A DNA stretch of 64,000 nucleotides from Gammaproteobacteria bacterium (GCA_041395725.1 JAWKZW010000001.1:919127-983126), one strand, 5' to 3'. Shown: positions 29,251 through 38,477, counted from the stretch's first letter. Numbers and translations are program-made. The notes: a model not told the origin generated them from the sequence alone.

Positions 29251-30462
29251 ATGAGTACAGAAAAGAAGTACCTCCTGGTATTCGTTGAGAACCTGGAAAA
29301 GCTGGCTTTTTTCTCCCGGCTTTATCCTGCCTTCAGAGACAGGGGCTACGGACTGCTGGTAGTGTCCAACCGGGTTTCCGTGATTCTCCAGGCCAGGCGT
29401 CATGGGATGATCAGCAGACTCTGCCGGAGAGATCACCGTGATGTCGATCTCTCCGGTACTCTGGAATTACTGAGACAGGACCTCACTGAGCACCAGGCGG
29501 AAAATTTCTACGGCGGAATCCTGAAATGCGTGGAGCAGGCCGCAGATTCAATTCAGCTCTGTGGGGGGTTGATCTGGAATGGTGGCAGGCTGGCTGATTG
29601 GGCCATTGCCGACTATTGCAATGAGCGGGGGTTGAATTGTCTGTTTTTCGAAATAGGCAACATACCAGGCAAGATGATCGCCGATCCAATGGGCGTGAAC
29701 GCAAGGTCATTGCTGGCGGGTAAGGGATTCCGGCAGGAATACCAGCCAACCCCCTCTTTCGACAGCTGGAGAAAGTCCTACATCGCCACCAAACTGCAAC
29801 AGCGGTCTGTTCCTCAGGCCCGCTCAGTGGGCCAAATCAATCCTTTCTACCTGATTGATCTGCTTGGATTCCTCTTGCTGGCGGCGCCCAGAAATACCAA
29901 CCGCACGGTGAAAGCGATGCTGAAGAACGTATTCCTGACACGATCGGTGGCACTGACAACCACAGAGACGGTACCTGAAACCAGATTCTTTTTCCTGCCC
30001 CTGCAAGTAACCAACGACACACAGTTGTTCCTTAACAGCAAGGTCGATAATCGGGGTGCACTGGAATTCGCCCTGCATCTCTGTGAAGAAGAACAGGCTA
30101 TGCTGGTCGTCAAGCCTCATCCGGCCGAGACATCGCCGCAGTTTCTTGCCTGGCTGCAACAATTCGCCCAGGAGAACAATATTCAGTTAAGCCGGGCCAA
30201 CACCATGGAGTTGATCAGTAAATCAGATCGGGTCATTACCATCAATTCCACCGTCGGTCTTGAGGCCCTGCTGTATGGCAGAGAAGTGGAAGTGCTCGGC
30301 AATGCGGTCTACAAGGGTTTCGGGGAGGCTGACCTGGACAGGTACGTCAACCGCTACCTGCTCAATATCGACTATTTTTCCCGCCAGGAGATCGCGGCCG
30401 AAGCCGTCAATGAAATCGAATTCCGATTATTTACCGGCTCGATAGATTGTGTAAATCCCTGA
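29251..30462 (+). CDS. Capsule polysaccharide biosynthesis protein (KpsS/KpsC/LpsZ-like, Capsule_synth family)
   Basis: The track ORF starts at 29212; I prefer ATG 29251 (MSTEKKYLLVF). LFFEIGNIPGKMIADPMGVNARS, LPLQVTNDTQL, VKPHP and VITINSTVGLEALLYG match the family as I remember it. Confidence 0.7.
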   Translation: MSTEKKYLLVFVENLEKLAFFSRLYPAFRDRGYGLLVVSNRVSVILQARRHGMISRLCRRDHRDVDLSGTLELLRQDLTEHQAENFYGGILKCVEQAADSIQLCGGLIWNGGRLADWAIADYCNERGLNCLFFEIGNIPGKMIADPMGVNARSLLAGKGFRQEYQPTPSFDSWRKSYIATKLQQRSVPQARSVGQINPFYLIDLLGFLLLAAPRNTNRTVKAMLKNVFLTRSVALTTTETVPETRFFFLPLQVTNDTQLFLNSKVDNRGALEFALHLCEEEQAMLVVKPHPAETSPQFLAWLQQFAQENNIQLSRANTMELISKSDRVITINSTVGLEALLYGREVEVLGNAVYKGFGEADLDRYVNRYLLNIDYFSRQEIAAEAVNEIEFRLFTGSIDCVNP

Positions 30463-31596
30463 CAGGGACAGCGTGCACAGACTGAGGACCATGCCAATGG
30501 CGGCACTGGCGATACCAAGACGGTCCAGCAGCAGCAGGGTTGCCGCGATATTTACAACGGCGGCGCTGAAAGAGATAAACATATACTTGCCCGTGAGACC
30601 TCTGGCAATGAGGATATTGCTGAAATACATGGCGACCGGCGACACAGCCAACCCACCCAGAAGAATAAGCAGGCTGGTCTGTGAAGCTGAATAGGGAGCG
30701 CCAAACACCAGGCTCAGAATCGACTTCCCGTAAACAGCAAACAGCAGAACGGCGGCGCCCCATACCGGCAGAAGTCGCTTGATACACCTGGCCAGTTCTT
30801 TGAGGAGGAGATCTGATTTCAGGTACTGCGCAACTGAAATTCTGACAATCAGCGCGCAAATGGACAGGAAGCCCAGGTAAAGGGTCAGCGATACGGAATA
30901 CAGGGCCAGGTTTTCCAGTCCCAATCTCGATTCGATCAGAAAGGTCGGAATATAGAGATTGATATAAGAGGCGACGGAGCCAAGGAAAGTAAAAACACTC
31001 AGCGAGAAATACTTCCGGGCGTGAGTAAAGTCCAACCGCCCGAGGAGATTGGGTACATGGTGGTGCTGGAGAAAAACATACAACAGGTAACCCGCCAGAA
31101 GCAGCAGGAAGTGGGACGTCAACAACACGCTCCCCTCGGCGCTTAACAGAATCAGCGGGTAAAGAAGCAGGAGGGGTGCGGCCCTCAGCACCCCGAGCGC
31201 CACATCCTGTTGGACATTCTGATTAATATCAAAACTGTACTTGATGTCGAGGATGGCCGGAGCAACACAAAGCAGCGCCAGCAACACCAGGTACGAAGGT
31301 ATATCGGAATAATCAGAGTAGATAACAATCGGAACAATTAAAGCGCAATAGATGAAGAGCCTTATGGGTACTATGTTGCTGGTGATTGTTCTCAGTGAAT
31401 AGTCCCGCTGCAGATTCAGGGCTGTCCGTTCGAAGCCGAAATTCACGAAGGCGTAACCCATGATGACCATGTTTTTCAGTAGATTAAAAACACCGTAATC
31501 ACTTTGTGTCAGCGCGTGGGCCAGCAGACTGGCGACAATTAACTGGATCAGTGCCGGCAGTTGCGATCGAAAAATGAGGCCGAGATCATTCACCAC
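30427..31596 (-). CDS. Polysaccharide flippase-like (Wzx/MOP-type) membrane protein
   Basis: 389-aa ORF with 10-12 TM helices. Its 3' end overlaps the convergent KpsS-like gene by 36 nt. Confidence 0.6.
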   Translation of the reverse strand: MVNDLGLIFRSQLPALIQLIVASLLAHALTQSDYGVFNLLKNMVIMGYAFVNFGFERTALNLQRDYSLRTITSNIVPIRLFIYCALIVPIVIYSDYSDIPSYLVLLALLCVAPAILDIKYSFDINQNVQQDVALGVLRAAPLLLLYPLILLSAEGSVLLTSHFLLLLAGYLLYVFLQHHHVPNLLGRLDFTHARKYFSLSVFTFLGSVASYINLYIPTFLIESRLGLENLALYSVSLTLYLGFLSICALIVRISVAQYLKSDLLLKELARCIKRLLPVWGAAVLLFAVYGKSILSLVFGAPYSASQTSLLILLGGLAVSPVAMYFSNILIARGLTGKYMFISFSAAVVNIAATLLLLDRLGIASAAIGMVLSLCTLSLSGIYTIYRAGK

Positions 31597-31638
31597 TGAA
31601 CCTGCCCCTCTGGCAATCCTGGCATTCAGCCATCCGTT

Positions 31639-32679
31639 CTATTCCTCACGGGCAGAAACATCCAGTGATTCCAGTTTTCCTACCAACACTTTCCAGTCAT
31701 AAGGCGCTGCCGTTTTCGCGACTTCCTCGGGGTCAACTTCTCTATTAACCAGCGTCAGTACCTTCGTTACAAAGCTTTCAAGGGGCGAGATCAGCACGGC
31801 ACCACCACTGATCAGCTTTTCAAACCCCTCGGCACCGAACCTGGTGGATACTACAAGGAGGCCATTCGCGACAGCCTCGACGATTTTCAACCTGCTGCCA
31901 CCTCCTTCACTGACAGGACAAAGCAGTATCTTTGCCTGCGAAATAGCAGCGGAAACATTGTCAACCTCTCCGGTTACGACCCAGCCTTCCATGGTATGAC
32001 TCCAGGCCGGAGGATTCCGCCCGACCAGCAGCAGTGTCGCCTCAGGCCAGCCTGCCTGCAGGCTGGGCCAGGACTCTCGAATGAAGGCCAGCGCCCGGCT
32101 GTTGGGCTGATAATCCAGCGCCCCGAAAAAACAGAAGGTATACTTCCGTTCAGTGCCGGGGGTGGAGTTTTCCAGGTTGACGCCGTTCGGTATCAGCAGA
32201 ATCGGTTTACTGTAACGCGCCTGCAGGTAGTTCTGTTCTTCCTCACTGACACAGATGACAGCCTTTGAGTGCCGAATCAGCGCCCGCTCGAAGAATCTGA
32301 CAAACTTCGCCAGCACGGGCTTCCCCAGGCGTTCAAAACGCAAATGTTCAATGTTATGGGCATCATAAACCAGTGGAACTCCATACTTCCTTGAGAAAGA
32401 GAGCAACATTGCTGCCTGATAAGGAAACGCGCAGACCACCAGATCCGGGCTGAATTCGACAGCCAGATGCCTGAGCGCAGAGGCGAAAGAGCAATTAAAA
32501 AAATAATTCAGGGGGTGAGGGCTCCTGAACGCGAAGTTATCCGCCAGGGCGTTATTGGCCGAGAGAATCGCAACGTCATGCCCTTGTGATCGAAGTGCGT
32601 TGGCCAGCTCGATTGTGCGTACCGCGCCACCGTAATTCGCCGGCACCAGATTATAAGGGGTAGTTAATACTATTTTCAC
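31639..32679 (-). CDS. Glycosyltransferase family 4 (GT-B fold)
   Basis: The conserved N-terminus VKIVLTTPYNLVPANYGGAVRTIELANAL begins at GTG 32679; the track ORF extends to 32796. The C-terminal motif is EGGGSRLKIVEAVANGLLVVST. Confidence 0.8.
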   Translation of the reverse strand: MKIVLTTPYNLVPANYGGAVRTIELANALRSQGHDVAILSANNALADNFAFRSPHPLNYFFNCSFASALRHLAVEFSPDLVVCAFPYQAAMLLSFSRKYGVPLVYDAHNIEHLRFERLGKPVLAKFVRFFERALIRHSKAVICVSEEEQNYLQARYSKPILLIPNGVNLENSTPGTERKYTFCFFGALDYQPNSRALAFIRESWPSLQAGWPEATLLLVGRNPPAWSHTMEGWVVTGEVDNVSAAISQAKILLCPVSEGGGSRLKIVEAVANGLLVVSTRFGAEGFEKLISGGAVLISPLESFVTKVLTLVNREVDPEEVAKTAAPYDWKVLVGKLESLDVSAREE

Positions 32680-32836
32680 GTTGCCGGCCTGGCAGCAGCA
32701 TACCTGCTCCCTGTGAGTTTCACTGTTTATTCTTCGGGCAGCCGTCTGCCGGGAAACCGCTGGTAAAACAGCCGATGACCTGGCCTGAAGAAGCACTTGC
32801 CTGCGCGAAACAGTGTGCTGCCCCGATCGCAGCTCC

Positions 32837-34099
32837 CTAAATCCCCATTGCCTGACGCATCAGACGATTCTTGATAAAACCGGCTCGATTGATACTGCTC
32901 ATTCCGGTATTTCTTAGCCAGCGAACGGGCAGTGCGTCCTGCGCAAACAGGAATTTGAACCCTTCCATGACACCCATCATTCCCAGATTGTGCCCTTTTC
33001 TGGCCCGTTGATAGCGCCGCAGAATGGCGTACTCACCAAGCGGACGCTGGGCCTGCAGGGCCTGCCTGATTTCCAGTGCCAGCGCCTGCGCATCCATGAA
33101 CCCCAGGTTGACACCCTGACCGGCCAGGGGATGTATCGTGTGCGCCGCATCCCCCACCAGGGCGATGTTGGGCTGCACATAATCCACGGCGTGACGTTGT
33201 CGCAGCGGAAAACACACGCGCTGGTCGACCCATTCCACTGCCCCGAGACGATGCTCGATAGCACCGGCCAGCACGGTGGCAAACTTTATATCGTCCATTG
33301 CCTGCAGCTGTTCGGCATGCTCCGGCTCTGTGGACCAGACAATGGAGCAATAATGTTGTCCCGAACCGGCCGCCGCCGAATCATCCCGTAATGGCAGAAA
33401 GGCCAGCGGTCCGGTTGCCATGAAGCGCTGCAGGGCAGTCTCATGATGGGGAAGCTCGGTTCGCACGGTGGTCACCAGGGCCTGGTGCCGATAATCCCAT
33501 TCCCGGGTGGCGAAGCCGGCCAGCTGGCGTACTTTGGAAAAAGGCCCGTCGGCACCCACCAGCAGGGTCGTGGTCCAGGAGCGGCCATCATCGGCTTGTA
33601 CCCTTACGCCGCTGCCACTCGGTTGGCTGCCCTCCGGACGTTCAAAGCGCTCAAGTGTCACGGGACTGATCACCGACACATTCGCCAACTGCTGCAGGCG
33701 CTCATAGAGCCCCAGCAGGATTACGGAGTTTTCAACGATATGGCCCAGACTTGGCTCGCGGATGTCGGCTGCCGAGAATTGAATCGAACCGGTGCCATCG
33801 GCATCCCAGACCGACATGCCTGAGTAAGGCGAAACCCGCGTTGCCGCGATGACATCCCAGGCGCCTGCCCCGGCAAGGAAGCGCTGTGAGGCGGGAGCGA
33901 TAGCACTGACCCGGGAATCGAAGGCCGGTGTCGGCTTTCGGCAGAAAAGGTTTTCGGCTGCGAAGCTGACACTGTCAAACAGGGCTATTCGAAGCGGTGT
34001 GGTACCCAGAGCACAGGCCAGTGCGGCGCCGACCATACCTCCACCCACGATAGCGATGTCGAAATCTGAGCTGGTCCGGGTTGATTGCATACCACGCAT
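32837..34099 (-). CDS. UbiH/UbiF/VisC/COQ6 family FAD-dependent ubiquinone-biosynthesis hydroxylase (UbiI/VisC-like)
   Basis: 420-aa ORF. FAD motif DIAIVGGGMVGAALA, LVGADGPFSKVR, and IALVGDAAHTIHPLAGQGVNLG. Confidence 0.85.
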   Translation of the reverse strand: MRGMQSTRTSSDFDIAIVGGGMVGAALACALGTTPLRIALFDSVSFAAENLFCRKPTPAFDSRVSAIAPASQRFLAGAGAWDVIAATRVSPYSGMSVWDADGTGSIQFSAADIREPSLGHIVENSVILLGLYERLQQLANVSVISPVTLERFERPEGSQPSGSGVRVQADDGRSWTTTLLVGADGPFSKVRQLAGFATREWDYRHQALVTTVRTELPHHETALQRFMATGPLAFLPLRDDSAAAGSGQHYCSIVWSTEPEHAEQLQAMDDIKFATVLAGAIEHRLGAVEWVDQRVCFPLRQRHAVDYVQPNIALVGDAAHTIHPLAGQGVNLGFMDAQALALEIRQALQAQRPLGEYAILRRYQRARKGHNLGMMGVMEGFKFLFAQDALPVRWLRNTGMSSINRAGFIKNRLMRQAMGI

Positions 34100-34435
34100 T
34101 ATAGGCTGGAGTGACCCAGGGGGACAGTCGGGCCGTAAGATGATAAGGGGTAACGTGGCCGTGCGGCTCAGAACCAGTGACTGTCGGCTTGCAGGGGGTG
34201 GCCTCTGTCAGAGGCTGCTTTGCCCGGCAGGCTGGCACGGGTGCAGTGTGGTTGCTCCTCGTACGAGCGATCACCCCACCGGGTAAACCGGGTGAATAGC
34301 CGACCAGTCCCTGCAGTCAGCGGCTGGCGGCTGGCAGTTGCCTGCTGAATCCGTCAGGCGCATTATGGTAGCCTTGCGACGAAATGCATACAGGCACCGG
34401 GGCCCGTAAGCAGGCCCTGAAACGAGGTTTTGAAA

Positions 34436-34897
34436 ATGAGCAATGTAATCGATCCTTCAAGACTGGCTGACTATATCGGCCACGAAGTGGGGGTGACCGA
34501 CTGGTTTGAGATCGACCAGCAGCGCATAAACCGGTTTGCCGAAGCCACGGAGGATTTCCAGTATATCCACGTAGACCCGGATCGTGCCGCCCAGACCCCG
34601 TTCGGCAGTACCATCGCCCATGGTTTCCTGACCCTGTCATTGCTCAGCATGTTCAGCAGCAACAATGGCGGGATCAAGCTGAAAGACGCTGTCATGAGCA
34701 TTAATTACGGCCTGGACAAGGTGCGGTTTGTCAGCCCGGTACGGGTCGGAAAACGCATCCGTGCCCGCTTTACCCTGCTGGAGGCCAGCGAGAAACAACC
34801 GCGTCGCTACCTGCTGAAACACAAAGTCACCGTCGAGATTGAGGGTGAAGAAAAACCGGCCCTGATCGCTGAATGGCTTGGCATGACGGTCCTGTGA
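34436..34897 (+). CDS. MaoC-like (R-specific enoyl-CoA) dehydratase family protein
   Basis: Hot-dog fold motifs: FAEATEDFQYIHVDPDRAAQTPFGSTIAHGFLTLSL. I prefer ATG 34436 (GAGG lies 8 nt upstream) to the TTG at 34430 in the track. Confidence 0.8.
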   Translation: MSNVIDPSRLADYIGHEVGVTDWFEIDQQRINRFAEATEDFQYIHVDPDRAAQTPFGSTIAHGFLTLSLLSMFSSNNGGIKLKDAVMSINYGLDKVRFVSPVRVGKRIRARFTLLEASEKQPRRYLLKHKVTVEIEGEEKPALIAEWLGMTVL

Positions 34898-34913
34898 CCT
34901 GGAGCATTATGTA

Positions 34914-35330
34914 ATGAAGAGAAGACTTACCCTGGCCTGCCTGCCCCTGTTATCAGCCTGCGCCGGAGAACCGCCCCAGAACATCGGCGCACTGAACGGC
35001 CGCCTGGCAGATTGCCCTGACTCACCCAATTGCGTATGCAGTTTCGAGGCACGGGAAAGCCACTATATCGAACCTCTGGAGGCCAACCTGTCCCAGGTGC
35101 AACAGGTCCTGATTGGGCTGCCCGAAGCACGGATTGTGTCCTCTACAGGCAACTACCTGCATGCGGAATTCAGCAGTCGCCTGATGGGTTTCGTGGACGA
35201 CGTGGAATTTCTGTATGACCCGCAGGCCGAAGTTACCCATGTTCGATCCGCTTCCCGCCTTGGATACAGCGACCTTGGCGTAAACAGGAAGCGAATCGAG
35301 TCTTTGCGCAGCGATCTGGAGACCCCCTGA
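34914..35330 (+). CDS. DUF1499 family lipoprotein
   Basis: 138-aa ORF with lipobox LLSAC. CPDSPNCVCS and RSASRLGYSDLGVNRKRIESLR are typical of DUF1499. Confidence 0.7.
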   Translation: MKRRLTLACLPLLSACAGEPPQNIGALNGRLADCPDSPNCVCSFEARESHYIEPLEANLSQVQQVLIGLPEARIVSSTGNYLHAEFSSRLMGFVDDVEFLYDPQAEVTHVRSASRLGYSDLGVNRKRIESLRSDLETP

Positions 35331-35494
35331 CCAGCTGCCACAATAACCTGACCGGGCCCACGGCAACTGACAGCAAGTTGCCATTGATCCGTGCGGCCCG
35401 CTAAAAAGTACTGATATAACTAGCTTTTTTGCCATCCGCTGCCGTAATCGGAACAGCGCCCGGCTATCTTCCTGAACCTGGAAAAAAAAATCTG

Positions 35495-35548
35495 TTGACA
35501 TTACGCCTGCAGGTGCTATTTTTTTAGCACACTGTTGCTTTTTTAGCA
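35495..35548 (+). promoter_or_regulatory. Candidate promoter (TTGACA-16 nt-TATTTT) overlapped by palindrome GTGCTA-N6-TAGCAC, followed by TGCT-N5-AGCA
   Basis: Read directly: TTGACA 35495-35500; perfect 6+6 palindrome 35513-35530; second weaker dyad 35536-35548. It lies about 260-310 nt upstream of the BlaI-family repressor gene. Confidence 0.35.
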
Positions 35549-35618
35549 GGGAGGGTGAAGCCCAGGGACCACGAGGGGAATAATCACGAAGCGGGTCGGC
35601 ATGAAAAGGCCCATGAAC

Positions 35619-35648
35619 AGATAGAGATAGAGATAGAGATAGAGATAG
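35619..35648. repeat. Hexanucleotide microsatellite (AGATAG)5
   Basis: Five perfect tandem units read directly, in the leader region upstream of the blaI-like gene. Confidence 0.95.
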
Positions 35649-35807
35649 AACCAGGTATCAGGCAGGCAATGAACCAGACGACGAGCCAGCCGAACAGCCA
35701 GGCAGCGAAGCTCTATCAAGACAGCCCGGACACCGGCGACCCTGCCAGCAGTTCAGGCCGGCGGCTCAAACCACTGCAACTGACGACTTAAACGGCGATC
35801 TCAGCAC

Positions 35808-36200
35808 ATGCCAACGACACACCTCAGCAGGCGCGAACGACAGATCATGGACATTGTCTATGAACTCAGGGAAGCCTCTGCAAAACAGATCCTCGATCGA
35901 CTGCCGGATCCACCGAGCTACTCTGCCGTCCGTGCCTTGCTGGTAAAGCTGGAAACCAAGGGGCAGCTGAAACACCGGGAACAGAATCTCAAGTACATTT
36001 ATTACCCGGCCCACGACCATGAGGACGCGCAACGTTCGGCGGTTTCCAGACTGCTCAAGACATTCTTTGATGGCTCGGTATCACAGGCAATGAATGCCAT
36101 GATAGATCTTTCCGGTCAGGAAATTCCTGACCAGGAACTGCAGGATCTGGAACAATTGATACAAGAGGCAAGAAACAGGAAAGACGAAAGCAAGAAATAG
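35808..36200 (+). CDS. BlaI/MecI/CopY family transcriptional repressor
   Basis: 130-aa ORF. LSRRERQIMDIVYELREASAKQILDRLPDPPSYSAVRALLVKLETKGQLKHR is a winged-helix of the Penicillinase_R family. Confidence 0.85.
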   Translation: MPTTHLSRRERQIMDIVYELREASAKQILDRLPDPPSYSAVRALLVKLETKGQLKHREQNLKYIYYPAHDHEDAQRSAVSRLLKTFFDGSVSQAMNAMIDLSGQEIPDQELQDLEQLIQEARNRKDESKK

Positions 36201-36226
36201 ATTCCGCTCAGAGGGATAGAATAACA

Positions 36227-37816
36227 ATGACAACAATTATCACCAGCCTCGATCTCCTGCAAGCCCACAGCCCGGTGTTCTATTTCTGGGTGGACACGTT
36301 TATCAAGGCGTCATTGATTGTCCTCATAGCCCTGCTGCTGCGTTGGACGTTCCGTCGTCAGTCCGCGTCCAGCCACAGCCTGATCTGGCTGATTGCCCTG
36401 GCCAGTTGCCTGTGCCTGCCCCTGTTCAAGTTAATCACTCCCCGAATCGAGTTCGCAGTTTCCTTTACTGTAAGCGATGCAGCCCCGGCATTGGGATACC
36501 TGGCCGAGCAACTTCTGGAAACCCCTGCCGAGTTTTTTGCCAGGCTCACGATACTGGCAGAGTTTCTGGGCTGGTTCTACCTGGCCGGCGTGCTCTTCAT
36601 GGTCGCCCGCCTGCTCACCGGTGTCCTGTCACTTGCCGGACTGAGCAAGCGGGCATACGCAGTACCTGGGCACCCGGCCCACAGCCTGCTGGCAGGCTTA
36701 CTGAACGACAATGGCAGCGCGGCAGAAGTGGAATTACTTTTCAGTCCCGGGGCACAGACTCCTTTTACGTGGGGTGTTGTCCGTCACCGGCTGATCCTGC
36801 CGGAAACTGCGCTCGAATGGGAGCCGGCGCCGCTCACCCAGGCCATCGGCCACGAGCTGGGACACATTCAGCGCAATGACTGGATAGCACAAATGCTGGG
36901 CAGGCTCGCACTGTGCATCTATTGGCCCAATCCACTGCTCTGGCATGCAGTCAGACGCATGAAGCTGGCCAGTGAACATGCCTGCGATGATGCGGCCGTG
37001 GACAGTTGTGGTTCTGCAGTGGAATACGCGTCCAGCCTGCTCAAACTGGCCAGCAGGACCCGTCACCGGTTGCGCCCGCTGAATGCGGCCATAGGGCTGA
37101 TCCCAAAAGCTTCAGAGCTCGGTCTGCGTATCCGGCATATCGTGCATTCCGACAGGAACCGGGAGTTTTTGCGGGCAGACGAGATTTGCGCCGCTACAAC
37201 TGCAACCCTGCTGCTGGTCATTCCCTTTTCCTCTATTGAACTATCCGCCCGCATCGTGGAACCAACCCAGGCAGCCAGAGCAGTCGTACCGGTCAGCTTC
37301 GGCCTGCCGGCTGGAAATCTGCCTTCGGATGCTGCTTACCAGGACACTGCGCTTATCAATCCCGTATTGAATCCACCCCGGCAATTCCAGTCGGGCTCCC
37401 GGACTGTCGAGCGCTTGAACACGCCGCCAGGTGCCGCACAAACGGGTCAGTTGGCACGGCTTGCTGTGGCGGACAGCCCATCGGCTCTGGCAGACAACAT
37501 CGACTTTACGGTCTCACCAGAAGCGCTGTTCAAGAAGTGGGAAGCGGCACCACTCATAGTTTCAGCACCGGCGTACCCGCCTCACGCCTTGCAGCGTGGC
37601 ATTGAAGGGCATGTGGTCGCAGAATTCAGCCTGGATGAAGAAGGCCGGGTAAGAGAGACAACAATAATAGAGTCAGTACCAACTGGCGTGTTCGACACGG
37701 CGGTATTGCGGGCGGTAAAGAAGTTTGTTTACTGCCCGGAAGTCGTGGATGGAATCGGCGGGAATAACCAACCAATCAGAAAGCGGTTTTCGTTTGCCCT
37801 TGACGGCCTGCTCTAG
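36227..37816 (+). CDS. M56 (BlaR1/MecR1-type) zinc-metalloprotease signal transducer fused to a C-terminal TonB domain
   Basis: 529-aa ORF with N-terminal TM helices, HELGHIQRND (HExxH) and EHACDD, a further TM, a linker, then the TonB_C-like PAYPPHALQRGIEGHVVAEFSLDEEGRVRETTIIESVPTGVFDTAVLRAVKKF. Confidence 0.8.
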   Translation: MTTIITSLDLLQAHSPVFYFWVDTFIKASLIVLIALLLRWTFRRQSASSHSLIWLIALASCLCLPLFKLITPRIEFAVSFTVSDAAPALGYLAEQLLETPAEFFARLTILAEFLGWFYLAGVLFMVARLLTGVLSLAGLSKRAYAVPGHPAHSLLAGLLNDNGSAAEVELLFSPGAQTPFTWGVVRHRLILPETALEWEPAPLTQAIGHELGHIQRNDWIAQMLGRLALCIYWPNPLLWHAVRRMKLASEHACDDAAVDSCGSAVEYASSLLKLASRTRHRLRPLNAAIGLIPKASELGLRIRHIVHSDRNREFLRADEICAATTATLLLVIPFSSIELSARIVEPTQAARAVVPVSFGLPAGNLPSDAAYQDTALINPVLNPPRQFQSGSRTVERLNTPPGAAQTGQLARLAVADSPSALADNIDFTVSPEALFKKWEAAPLIVSAPAYPPHALQRGIEGHVVAEFSLDEEGRVRETTIIESVPTGVFDTAVLRAVKKFVYCPEVVDGIGGNNQPIRKRFSFALDGLL

Positions 37817-37862
37817 CGGGCAGTTCAAGGGCGAGCAATAACCGGTTAACAGGAGGCCGATC

Positions 37863-38477
37863 ATGCATACCATCAACATTCACTTACTGAGAGTACCTAC
37901 CGCCCTGTTCGCAGCGGCAATCGTTACAACCACGTTGTTCTTTCTGATGCATCTGATGGTGCATTCCGACAGTGAGCGAGTCCAGGAGACTTTTGTAATT
38001 CCTGTCGTCGACGCGACCATGCCGGTGATAGAGATGGAGACCTTTGAGCCCATTGAAAGACCGGAACCTATCACGGAGCCGACGCCCACGGAGGTACCCG
38101 AGAAACCGCGAGATACCCCTGTCGGTTCCGTGCCAGTCCTGAGCTATGACCCACAGACCTTCGTGCTGGATCCACCTGGCTGGACTGGTCTGACATTTCA
38201 GGACAGCGAAATGGTGCCAATAGTCAGGACCACCCCGGTCTATCCGAATCGGGCACTGCAGAAGCAGATCGAGGGTTTCGTAGTAGTCAGTTTCAGCGTG
38301 GATGAACAGGGCAACGTGAGCAACCCGTCTGTAACCTATGCCGAACCGGAGGGTTATTTCGAGCGCGCCGCCCTGCAATCCATCGCCAAGTGGCGATACG
38401 CGGCCAAAGTTGAAAATGGCCAGCCGGTAGCGGTTCACGGCGTTCAACAACGCATCGTTTTCGAAATAGCCCGCTGA
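37863..38477 (+). CDS. tonB: Energy transducer TonB
   Basis: 204-aa ORF with an N-terminal TM, a Pro/Glu-rich spacer (EPIERPEPITEPTPTEVPEKP) and a C-terminal domain TPVYPNRALQKQIEGFVVVSFSVDEQGNVSNP. Confidence 0.8.
   Translation: MHTINIHLLRVPTALFAAAIVTTTLFFLMHLMVHSDSERVQETFVIPVVDATMPVIEMETFEPIERPEPITEPTPTEVPEKPRDTPVGSVPVLSYDPQTFVLDPPGWTGLTFQDSEMVPIVRTTPVYPNRALQKQIEGFVVVSFSVDEQGNVSNPSVTYAEPEGYFERAALQSIAKWRYAAKVENGQPVAVHGVQQRIVFEIAR

Noticed and set aside
32680-32796. N-terminal extension of the GT4 ORF (MLLQARSSAVLPAVSRQTAARR...)
   Set aside because: GT4 enzymes begin with the beta-strand (V/M)KI(V/L)…, found here at GTG 32679. The extension looks like read-through of the upstream intergenic region.
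35555-35791. 78-aa ORF containing IEIEIEIEIE
   Set aside because: The repeat is simply the translation of the (AGATAG)5 microsatellite. The ORF has a GTG start, a hydrophilic low-complexity product, no RBS and no family resemblance.
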